A stretch of 64,000 bases of DNA from Antedon mediterranea (taxonomy: Eukaryota; Animalia; Echinodermata): contig NC_092676.1 of NCBI RefSeq assembly GCF_964355755.1, forward strand, positions 14,712,871 to 14,776,870, written 5' to 3'. The position numbers and the translations under genes were made by a program. Below, one piece after another: positions 53,022 to 64,000 of the stretch. Each line of letters starts with the position of its first letter. Positions within the stretch are counted from its first letter, which is position 1. Below the pieces are notes generated by a model. It was not told the DNA's origin and did not search any database. It saw only the letters and a program-made list of their open reading frames with translations.

Positions 53022-55007
53022 CAGTCAACTCTCCCAATACCGGACACCCTTGAATTGGGCGGGCATATATTTTCCGGTTTTTCGAAAGTCCGGTTTCCTG
53101 AAAACATATTTTTAAAGTCATCACGTTGTCACTGAAAATGCTTTGAATCACCGGTCCGAATGCTGCCCGGTACGGTCTAGCGTAGGGAGGGCCTAGGCAA
53201 TGATTGTGTCAAGCTAGTTTTAATTAAATAATAGGCCTACTTTATTAATATTAAGCTAATTCAATTTACCTTTTTTAAAAGTTACATTATTTACTGTACC
53301 AATAAAACATGTTACAGTAGTAAATTATTGTTTCTCAATGTGTTTTTAGCGGCAAAAAGGCCTAGCTAGCAGCAGCATGTGTGATAAAAATAGCAGAGCG
53401 GGGCTTTGATTGATGCGCATGTGCAGAGGTGTCATAATCAAATAAAAACACCCACACTTAGACGACATGTTTTTTAAGCTCCTTTATTGTGACGTAATTT
53501 GATAGCAATAAACGAGCCAAGCAATAATGACAATACCGTAATTAATTGGTAACATTTCAAAGTTTATTAACACTAGTTAAGTCAAGTTCATTCCGTTTAC
53601 GTTTTTGTCAGGACTGGCTGCTAAAATTCAATACCAAGAAATGCGAAGTGCTCCATGTTGGTAGAAAGACAGAGAAATCAGAATATTGTCTAAATGGAGA
53701 AACGTTATTGGCAGTAAACGAAGAAAAAGACCTTGGTGTTATCTTCACTAGCGACTGCAAGCCAAGCCGACAGTGTGCTGCAGCAGCAGCTAGAGCGACG
53801 AATAGTATGAGAACTGTCAAAAGAACATTCAAAAATATTGACAAAGAAAGTTTTCAGGTCATGTACAAGGCATACATCCGTCCACATATGGAATACTGTA
53901 TACAGTCCTGGTCTCCTTACTATAACAAAGACAAAGAAATCTTGGAGAAGGTGCAGAGAAGAGCTACAAAGATGGTCAAGTCAATAAGTGATCTACCATA
54001 TGAAAAAAGGTTAGAATATCTTGATCTTCAACCATTAGAGACAAGAAGACTACGAGGAGATTTGATTGAAGCTTTCAAAATTTTGAAAGGCTTTGAGGAT
54101 ATTGACCCAAAAGATTTATTTAAATTGTCTCACAACATCAGAACCAGGGGACACAGCTTAAAACTATATCGTCCAAAACTTAGAGGAAATCTTATGTGCA
54201 GGGTCAACTTTTTTACCATCAGAGTCATACATCACTGGAATTCTCTGCCTGAATATGTAATACAAGCCTCTTCAGTGAACATCTTTAAGTCTAGACTTGA
54301 CAACTATTTTCGGCTAGAAATGGAATCTAATAGGCACTAGCCTAAACTATTTCCATCAAACATTAAGTGTAAGTGTAAGTGCCATAATGATTTCCAAATT
54401 TATAATGATGCACATTTTTAGTGAAACATTCCTTTTTAAAGTCCTATTGCAATTGTGAATTTAACAATAATTTAAACAAAACAAAGACACAAATGTAAAT
54501 TGAACTTTATTAAAAAACTATTCATATGCTAAAAAACAGGGAGTTGTTAACAACTCCCTTCTAAAAACAATGGACATTAAGACATAGCGCTTCACCGCAG
54601 TTCCCGCTTCGTCGGTTAACAATGAACTGACCTGTCAATCACAGTGTAGCGCTCCATGGTAACATTATTTGATCGTACCGCGAAACGTCGCGCACTTCAT
54701 GCATGGTCCGGTCAGGGTATGGTTAAAAGCTTTTGTACATTGTGAATGTATTGAATCCGAGTCAGCGACGACGATGTTACGTTGTTTTCGTAAATATTTG
54801 GAGTTTTTTAACTGTCAGTCCGGTTTTCAGACGCTAATTTTCGTGTTTTGTACTTCATAATTTGTCCGGATTCCGGAATTGGGTATTCCGGTTTTCATAA
54901 TAAATTACAGTACATTTAGAATAGGGACAAATTGGGCCATCCAAAAAGTACGGTTTTCCGTGAATTCCGGTTTTGGGAGAGTCCGGTCGGTATTGGGAGA
55001 GTTGACT
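53022..55007. mobile_element. pogo/Tigger-like non-autonomous element hosting a LINE fragment
   Basis: TA-cagtcaactctcccaatacc...ggtattgggagagttgact-TA. Confidence 0.75.
53606..54381 (+). mobile_element. 5'-truncated CR1 LINE (end of ORF2)
   Basis: WLLKFNTKKC, EKDLGV, YKAYIRPHMEY, LEKVQRRATK, RRLRGDLI, TRGH; (TAAGTG)n tail. Confidence 0.9.
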
Positions 55008-56149
55008 TATTTAGTTTTTTAAGTGATCCATACACAATATAAATATTACAATACAGTACAAACATTATCATTCCAAGTTTTACCAAAAGCATTTTTATAT
55101 ACTAACCAAATAAAATAACTAGTTAATAGATAACAATAAACAGTTTGAATATCAATTAAATTAAAACTAGTTATTTGGATAAATATTCATCTGGTTTAAA
55201 TACATGTAGATATTTTTTTTTATCAAATCAATATTATTAAAAGACTTAAATGAAAAAAATTGCAGTTTCGATTCTTACATGAACAGCTTTCCATTAACCA
55301 GGGGAGGATTCAAGGCCTGGGCTTTTTTCTCAACAATACAAAAACATTTAAATTAAGTGCCACGTTTAATGCCTGTTTTCATAGACAGTCAAAATGCAAA
55401 TCAAAACACCAAGCTCTGTGAACAATCAAACAATTGACAGTTCTTGCACATACTCAAACGTGTGTTACCAGCAAAAAAAGTTAGTGTCATTTTTGACCAA
55501 CTAGAAGTGCCATTTATCAATAATTGTATGTGCGCGAGTGCCATTTTCGACCATCTAGAGTGTCACATAGAAGTTGTTTTGCAAATTAATAGTGCTGGTG
55601 GAATGCAAATGTGGACACGGACTAACAGGAAACCGTCAGTGGGGTTTGTGGTTGTATGAAAAAGAATTCGTTGATAGTAAAACCAACTGTGAGGGAAAAG
55701 CTGGGGTACCACAATTTGTTGATGTTCCTGTTTAAATGCTGGCCCGTGGAATATGACTATAATTAGCTGGTTTTTGTAAAGTAAAATAGCTGCCATTGGT
55801 CCGGTTCCTGACTGAAATAAATTGTCGTTTTGGATTTTGGTACGAGTGTGAGCTGAGCCATGTGTATATACCACAGAGGTGGATTGGTTGGGTGGAATGA
55901 TTTTTTGGCCATTTTGAATTTATGCTAATTAACCCACTTCCCGATGTCAGATTTTAGTAAACTTTGGATATGATGTTCATTTGAACCATATTTACCGGTT
56001 GGTTTAGGATCCCTGCTATGATTAGATCTAATCAATGCATAATTATAAGGTTGGCATTTGAAAGGCGTTACAATTAAATCTAATATTAATCGGCACCCGG
56101 TTATATTGTGTTTGCTAATTTGTTTAAAAGGACTGACTACCACCATTAT

Positions 56150-56250
56150 CAATTGTACCAAATCAGAAACCTATAGAAGATGTATAAAAGAGGCAATTTG
56201 GATACGAAGAGGACAAAACACCATAAACCGAAGCAACTTTTACCATCTAG
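56150..56250 (+). mobile_element. Penelope GIY-YIG endonuclease C-terminal remnant
   Basis: RRCIKEAIWIRRGQNTINR resembles the R..KEAI.I......NR motif. Confidence 0.5.
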
Positions 56251-56369
56251 TTTTTAAATGCTATGGGTTATTTGGAGACAGCAAAATAAATAGTGTAATT
56301 TGTTTCCTGCAAATAATCTAGATAAAACAAACCTAGAATAAAAAGTGAGGTGTATATTAAATTCAATAC

Positions 56370-56511
56370 CTATTTTGTTTTCTTTTACTGCAACCATGTA
56401 GAATGCACTTTTTGTAGAAAGAAGTTTACAAACACAAGGAAGGAATCGATTTGTAACTTCCATACCATTGACACCACCAGCCCATGAAGAAGTGATGTCA
56501 GAAATACCAAC
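56370..56511 (-). CDS. N6AMT1: N6AMT1 exon 4
   Basis: VGISDITSSWAGGVNGMEVTNRFL...FYMV carries the WAGG..G motif; AG/GT and phase consistent. Confidence 0.92.
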
Positions 56512-57681
56512 CTGCAAAAAAAATGTATTTGTTCTTAAAGTAAGTTTATGTAGACACGGTACTGAAGGGAACTCAACTGGTCGACATAAAATGCTGCGAG
56601 CAACTGAACGTAACTTAAAGTAAGTTGACATACGCGCAGTTGAGTTGAACATGACTTAGTCTGTTATGAATTCCTTCAAGGTTGTGTGGAATTGCCTACA
56701 GACTTATTTGCAATGTCATCAATTTTCATTATCTTGGGAATACTGGCCAAAAGATCAGGGGGGTATTCACAATTTACACTTGGGCCAAGGGAAACAAAGC
56801 AGGGTTTCGTTTTATTTAGAGGCTGGAAGACCAGAAGACACAACCTCCACTCACAAACAACAAAAATGCTTTTCTCTCGAGAGCTCAGTGTTAAATTTAG
56901 CGATGCAACCTGCCTTATACAAACAGCAATGGCAGCTTCCGGTTGCAATTTGCTCTGTTGAATAATTGCATGATGATGCAGACTTAAAAAACACCAAAAA
57001 CAAATTATATATGTGTTCAGTGGTCGGGGGCAGATTTAGTTGGAAACACTTTTTGTTTTAAAAAAATCATTGACACATTTTTTATAAAATAGTTTTCAAA
57101 CTATTTGTAACTTCAAATAAACTTTTTGATTACTTACTTACTTTTAACAAATTATGCTTCACATGTACACAAGGAAATTGATACAAGGAAATCAAAATAT
57201 GGACTAAGCCGACACTTCTTGGCTGAAAATGATGTAATTAAGGTCTTCAAAGGAAGTTAGTTTTAAATGATATAACAATACCTTCTTTAGATGTTTAAAA
57301 AAAACTACCAATACCAATCCCACAGTAGGCCTACCTAATCTGAATCAAATGTAACTTTCATAAATTTGAATGGCATGACAAGAATCTAATTATTGTTACA
57401 TAAAACAAATAGTAAAATTATATATATAGAATGTTAACACCATTTCATTCGGTGAAATAAGAAATTCCATAGACATCACTGTGTATACAGTTGGGGAATT
57501 CCACATTTCACATACTATATACACTATTAATTATTTATTTATATAGGCTACAAAAACTAAGCAAATTGTAAATTACGTCATGCAACATCTACGTTTAAGT
57601 TTTTCTTTACAATTTGAGAAGCCTACTTGCAGTTTTCGTAGCTTACACTAATTGTCGGAAAAGTGGCAGTAGTGTACCAAC

Positions 57682-57856
57682 CTCTTGAGAAGGAGTGACA
57701 ACATAAGGAGGATTGAATAGGATCAGGTCAACTTGACCATGCAGCCTTGGTAGAAATGAAGTGGCTAAATCCATCTGAATGACATCTGGTGACTGTCTAT
57801 TTTGGAGTGCAGTCTTCATTGTGGCGAGTGTGGCATGTCCATTTATGTCAGTTGCT
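57682..57856 (-). CDS. N6AMT1: N6AMT1 exon 3 with NPPY motif
   Basis: ATDIN...VDLILFNPPYVVTP; AG/GT. Confidence 0.95.
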
Positions 57857-58342
57857 CTAGATAAATGATATCGAAAAAACAAAATAGGTCTTGATACATT
57901 TATTTGAGTTGGTTGAAGTTTTTGGGTGTTTATTTCTCTGGTACTATAAGCACTTTTCTAAAGACATGAAAGCTGGATTGTTACAACATTCCTATTCACA
58001 GGGAATTATTGTAACATTATACTGTGCTGACTTTCAGTGAGAGGTTTATTTGTCTGACAAAATATTCAAGGCTATATACAGTATAAGGCAAACACAAAAA
58101 GTTTGTCCGCTGTGCACGCTGCTCTCCGACATCTGATCTCATCTGAAATTTACACCCAAATTCATTTTGCTATGTAAAGTATCATGGGCTTTCAATATCA
58201 AAAGTTTGTACACCCACAACCCACTCAGACACGTTCGGCTAGTCTGTGTGTACATGGTTTGAGTCTAAGATGAGGCAAACCACCGTCGCTTGCGCGAAAT
58301 GCAATTAAATTAAAAATTAAAATTATAATTAGAAGTGCTTAC

Positions 58343-58429
58343 AAACAATGTGCTGAACTTCCAAGCAATTTAGAAACAAATGATGTAACAGTTCCAGAAC
58401 CACATCCAACTTCTATACACAGAGTTGGT
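58343..58429 (-). CDS. N6AMT1: N6AMT1 exon 2, SAM-binding motif I
   Basis: PTLCIEVGCGSGTV; AG/GTAAG. Confidence 0.93.
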
Positions 58430-58982
58430 CTATATCAGTAAGGAATAAGAGCTGTAATATCATCTTATTATAATTCAGCAAATCTCTGCATGTCTCTCCA
58501 GCTTTATTCAGAGACTAGAGGTTGCACGGTCATTAAACTTGGTGGATGGGTGCAGCCCGGTATAAGAAAGAGTTTGCATTTGTTAGGTCGTGAAGGTCAA
58601 ATCTCTAAATTTTCTCTCTGATTGAGCTTAGGAAAATAATCCCGAGGATAGGGCAAGTATGAATCCGAAATCGAAGAGGGTGCCACCCAAAGTCAAGGTA
58701 AAATTTCAAAATTGGATTTAAAGCAACCATAAGGATATAGGGTGATGATATATAGTTTGCGGTATACCACGTGCATATAGTCTTGTGGTGTACTGCAAAC
58801 CTTCAAACGATATAAGGTGAGTTTGAATCTGATAAATGATGTTTTAAACTACATTTGAAATCCGCTCTGGGGCGGCTGTACATGTTGGTAAATTATAGTT
58901 TGTGAAAAAATGTAAACAACCTACAATTTGCTATCAAATATTAATCCAATCCAACTAAATGAAGTACAATACTCCTAATTAC

Positions 58983-59110
58983 CTAATCTTTTGAATAAAG
59001 GCATAGTCTTTCTGCAAAGCATCCAGTAGTAAGAAGGTATCTTCTGCTGGTTCATAAACATGCTCGTAATCCTTAGCTTTCAGGTGCGAAATATCAGGCG
59101 TTTCAAACAT
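58983..59110 (-). CDS. N6AMT1: N6AMT1 exon 1
   Basis: [10 protein letters not shown]...[15 protein letters not shown] signature; the five exons total 642 nt (213 aa). Confidence 0.95.
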
Positions 59111-59526
59111 AACATTATCTGTGGAATTATTAATTAATTTCATGTTAATATTTTTAAGTATGTAGGCATGGCGAATTTATATTTTCATATTGTGAGGTGA
59201 TGCAACCACTTCGATCGTGAAAGCGCAAACATTTAAAAGAACTATAACTTATCAGTGAAAATACCAGGTCTTCCCCAATTTGTTACTGCCAAAAAAGGAA
59301 AGACAATTAATTCATTAATGAGACGTCAGGCTAGGCCTAAAGCTGGCGTACGATGTTCGTACGTTATCGATCTTTACCAGCTAGGCCTACAAACCTAAGA
59401 TCGGCCTAGGGACGTCTAAGAGAAAACATTCCATACATATTGCTTTTATCGTGTTGGGAGGCTGACGTAGTGACGTGTGGGCGACTCCAAATCACGGTTT
59501 TATGGTGTTCCATACACATTGCTTTT

Positions 59527-60115
59527 GTGTGCTCCTCTCCATCAATTACTAGAGGGATCATGTCTCTGAATATATTTTTTACAATAGTATTGTGTAGTAA
59601 GTATGATTATGATGAACATATTGTATATAAGGGGAAGTAGGACAATTGTAAATAGGGAGAAGGATTTTTGATTGAAGCATATATTTTGAAGAAGGTTGGA
59701 TTTTGGATTGTAAGTTATGTGAAGTTGTTGTTTAAAGTGTATACTGGATTGTTGTAAGTTGTGTGCTCCTCTCCATCAATTACTAGAGGGATCAAGTCTC
59801 TGAATATATTTTTTACAATAGTATTGTGTAGTAAGTATGATTATGATGAACATATTGTATATAAGGGGAAGTAGGACAATTGTAAATAGGGAGAAGGATT
59901 TTTGATTGAAGCATATATTTTGAAGAAGGTTGGATTTTGGATTGTAAGTTATGTGAAGCTGTTGTTTAAAGTGTATACTGGATTGTTGTAAGTTGAAGTT
60001 GATTGAAATTAAAGCTTTGTTTTTGAGTTATTTTACAACTTTGTTGATTTTGTGTGTATACTTCTATGTCACAAGAGAGTTCCTAAAGTATTTTCAACCA
60101 ATCGGAAACATGCGT
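59527..60115 (+). mobile_element. Partial LTR with a 234-bp tandem duplication
   Basis: Largely the reverse complement of ~25700-25985; repeat units start at 59527 and 59761. Confidence 0.75.
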
Positions 60116-60659
60116 AATATGTCTGTGTACTTCAATAATATTAATAATGCATACCCAGAAAATGCAAAAGAATGAGTGGAAATACAGCAATTGTAGGAAA
60201 AAAACAGTATAGCAATATAAATTAGCTTCAATTCAATACTAAATTAGTCAGATTTTGATAATGAGAAAGACTAAAAAAGTTCTTTTTTTATGGGAAAAAT
60301 TGACATTTAAGGTGAATAAACATACTGTAATAGTAATAACCGCAACAACACCACCTATTTATGGACCTCGGTGCGATCATGTTTTGAAAATGGGTAGGTG
60401 TTTTCCAAAGTTATTTTTAGCGCATGGATTTTGGTTCGCCGGCTTTTGTACCTCATTTTTAACTCGCTTTTTCTATAAAAATATTATTAATAAAAATAGA
60501 TTAAAAATATATATATAAATAAACCCTTTAACAAGATCTTTCCATATGATTTTTATTCACATGGGTACATAAGAAATAGTATATTTTTAACTTCGAAATT
60601 TCATGAACGTGTTCACATTGCGGTAATGAAAATCCGCTTCATATGATACCTATTATAAT

Positions 60660-62381
60660 AGTAAACTATTTCACCAGTTATCATCAAAGAATTTGCACCC
60701 GAAATAGCAGAACCCCTAACGCATATATTTAATTCTTCTTTGAAAGAAGGTATTGTACCCAAAGCTTGGAAACAAGCTACCGTTATACCGATACCAAAGA
60801 AAAAAAGTACAGTCAGTATAGAACAGATTAGACCGATCTCGCTTACGCCACTGTTTATCCGAATCTTTGAACATTTTCTAACTAAATGGTTATAATGAAG
60901 ACCTATCTACCATTATAGATAAACAGCAGTTTGGTAATGTCAAAGGTATCAGCACGAGTCATTACCTTATTGGACTCTTACACTACCTTCTTTCTGGACT
61001 GGAAAAACCTGGTCACAAAGCACGAATTCTTGCTGTAGATTTCAGCAAAGCTTATCAGTAAGATGATATCAATTGGTGTCAGGAAATCTATCATCCCGTG
61101 GTTGTAGCTTCCTAACTTGTAGAGAACAAAGAGTGCTCTATGGTAGCGCTATTTCCAGTTGGACATCTATATTTTGCGGTGTTCCGCAAGGAACGAAATC
61201 TGGCCCAAGCCTTTTTCAAGTAATGGTCAATGACTCGGCATCAGATTGCATTACAAGGTGGAAATTTGTCGACGATCTAACCTTCGCTGATATCTCAAAA
61301 AATAACTGTCTGGACTCTATTCAATTGTACTTTAGTAATTTAGAGGAATGGTGTAAAATAAATAAAATGTTCCTTAACCCTAATAAGTGTAAATCAGTGG
61401 AGATTAACTTTTGCAAAACTCCTGGTTACTATGATTTACTGACTAATAATAATGGAGTCCAAGTTGAGACTGTTAAGCAATTGAAGCTTTTAGGTGTAAC
61501 TATCCAAGATAACCTTAAGTGGGATACACACATTGGTGAGATCGTTAGCAAGGCCAATAAAGCCATGCATATTGTGTCGGTACTTAAAAGGTTTGGTGCA
61601 CCAGAAGATCAGTTAATTAAGATTTATAAATCTTTCATACGCCCCATAATTGAATATGCTTGTCCAACCTGGCACTCCTCCCTGACTTCCGAATTAAGCT
61701 TTGACCTGGAATCGGTCCAGAAGAGGTTTTTAAGAATTGTACTAGGGAGGAGGTACTATTCGTACACTGCAGCCCTAAAGAAATTTTCTCTTGATAGGCT
61801 CTGTGACCGTCGTCTCCAGCTTGTTCTGAAGTTTGGGAGGAGTGTCCATGAAAAATTTAGTAATATTATCCCCAATACCCGTGCTGAAGCGACAGGTAGA
61901 TCTCTCAGAAACGCAAACAAAATATTCCAAATTAAATGTAGAACAGAAAGATTTAAGAAATCCACACTCCCATTCCTAATTAACAATGACCTTATAGTGC
62001 AATAATATATACATATGAAATTCTTAATTTTTATAGGCCTACGGATAATTAATAATTTTACTCGCAGTTTTTAAATTTGTAATTGTATATTCTTTATTTT
62101 TTTTTTTTATGAATTTATGTGTATATATATATTTTTATATTAGATGGTTGTGTAATTTTGCTCGTTTTTGATATATATCTTTGTAAATTTGTAATTGTAT
62201 ATTCTTAATTTTTTTTTTTATGCATTTTGTATATATATATATATATATTTTTATATTGGATGTTTGTGTAAATCTTGCTCGTTTTTGATATATTTTTTAT
62301 GTTTATGTTACTGGACGCAATTCAGTTTTGTACTGCCATGTCTTTGTTTTTAATAAACCAGAATAAAATAAAATAAAAAAA
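60660..62381 (+). mobile_element. 5'-truncated LINE (L2/CR1-group RT) with 3' UTR
   Basis: IRPISLT, DFSKA, GVPQGT, KFVDD, LKWDTH, IRPIIEYA motifs with frameshifts; duplicated T-rich UTR; (AATAA)n tail. Confidence 0.88.
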
Positions 62382-63000
62382 CTTTTTTACTTAAGTTTAT
62401 TATTTAAAAGCAATGTAAATAGTTAAATAATTTAAGATACATATTATTATTATACAGTATTTAAAAAAAAAAAATTTTCTTTTTGTAATGTGTAGGCGTA
62501 CTGTTTAGTGCTACTGTGTTAATCGCATGGACACTAGGCCTAGCGTAATGGCGTTCCATACATACTGGTTTTATTTTGTTAAGGGGGGTGGGGGGGGGGG
62601 GCCGACATGACCGTAATCCGCTTAATGATCTGTAATAGCCGAAGCTGGATGGCAATCTTTTAATGTTATTGCAGTTCAAAAGTGATTCTCCATGGAGAGG
62701 GAAGAACCAACAAGCGGCTGCAATCGACCAATGAGATATGCCCTACGCTGTACGCACTGCTACCTCTGTGATGAGCCTATCTGTGTGAGAACGATACGCA
62801 ACGCTGCGTGTTAAGGGTATAAACGCGAACGCATTCTATATGATCCTCGTTATACAAAAAATGCTAGATTACCAAGAAATTATTCATTCCATTGCGATTA
62901 ACAATATATTTAATTTTATAGAAACTTCACTGTGCTTTGGCAAGAATATGTGTAATGTTAATGACATTGTATGTGGTCTATTTATTATATTAAAGATGTA

Positions 63001-63743
63001 TGTTATGCGCGATTTGAACGATTAATTGCGCAAGGATTTTCTTGCGCAATTTGAATTGAAACATGTGTTTCAAATTGCGCAAGCAACGTATTAAATTGCG
63101 CAAGTAATCTGCAAATTGCGCAAGGTTTTTCGACAGATATTTTTTTAGTAATTTCCAAGAATGATTCAAAATTGAAGATAATATCGCTTTTCCTTACCCT
63201 CCCGGGAGCCTCCCTCCCGAATTTTTTTTTCCGAATAAAAAAAATCTCGAATTCCCAATGGTTCTATAAAATACCATATTCACACATAATATGAGGAGAA
63301 GGCATAAATAAATACCAATAGTAATATAATAATTTCAATTCAAATATCAGTACTAATGACGATTAATAAGACTAATAACGATTGGATTTTTTTTAGAAAC
63401 AATAATTATTACGAATTATTAGACGTTTACTATTTAACTTAAAAATTAAATTTAATGACAAAAAAGATTGACCTTTCGGTACCATTCTCAACAACAAATG
63501 AGTACAATAATAAAAATAACAAACAGTTCGTTTTCAAATTGCGCAAAGGTGTCATATTGCGCAAGAACTATCTTGCGCAATTTACAAATTGTGCAACGCA
63601 ATTTGAAATTGCGCAAGGATTTTCTTGCGCAATTTGAAATTGCGCAAGTTGATTGCGCAAGAAAATCCTTGCGCAATTTCAAATTGCGCAAGAATTCTTT
63701 GCGCAATTTTAAATTGCGCAAATCGTTCAAATCGCGCATAACA
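63001..63743. mobile_element. TGT...ACA MITE rich in ttgcgcaa palindromes
   Basis: TIR tgttatgcgcgatttgaacgatt / aatcgttcaaatcgcgcataaca, TSD gatgta on both sides. Confidence 0.8.
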
Positions 63744-64000
63744 GATGTATTGTCCCCCTGAAAAAAATAATTCTTAAAAAATGTTTTGTTGAATAGGCCT
63801 AGGCCTAGGCTAGGCCTATTCCATTTTAATGTATAATAGTTATCCATCTTGACCAAAAATTGGGTCGAAAACAAAATGTATTTACCTGAAAAAATGTAAT
63901 TTTTGGTTGAATGTAACCATTTATTTTGTCATTTTACAAGTGAAAACATTATTTTTGTCCGTTTTTGTTGGTTTCCCCTCCTGTTGGAATCACTTTTTGG

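Noticed and set aside
57682-57856. NPPY motif as a bacterial-type DNA adenine methylase or restriction-modification system
   Set aside because: It is an exon of intron-containing N6AMT1/HEMK2, a protein methyltransferase.
63455-63874. LRNxKLRK repeat ORFs
   Set aside because: They are translations of ttgcgcaa repeats in a MITE arm.

Overview
AT-rich metazoan genomic DNA, probably an invertebrate deuterostome (taxon inferred from the Deu-domain-like SINE and repeat styles, not proven). It is not prokaryotic and has no CRISPR array. Three spliced protein-coding genes were rebuilt by hand with consistent GT-AG sites and reading phases. (1) An SNX19-like sorting nexin on the minus strand (TM-PXA-PX; four exons 18038 to 3300, continuing left). 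(2) A complete 7-exon NUP42/NUPL2 on the plus strand (34625-52593, 375 aa). (3) A complete 5-exon N6AMT1/HEMK2 on the minus strand (59110-52864, 213 aa), convergent with NUP42. Most of the rest is nested transposon DNA: a near full-length frameshifted LINE with L1-type ORF1, other LINE and Penelope fragments, a solo LTR, a tRNA-derived SINE, several Helentron-associated (HINE/DINE-1-like) families, many TIR/foldback elements with readable target-site duplications, and 21-, 43-, 97- and ~340-bp tandem arrays. No new protein-based system is demonstrable. The most unexplained signals are CTAG/AGGCCT palindrome clusters near all three gene starts, a foldback element with about 15 octamer motifs, TE insertions right at the NUP42 5' end, and a probable NUP42/N6AMT1 3'-UTR overlap. 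Superfamily labels rest on termini/TSD rules only.
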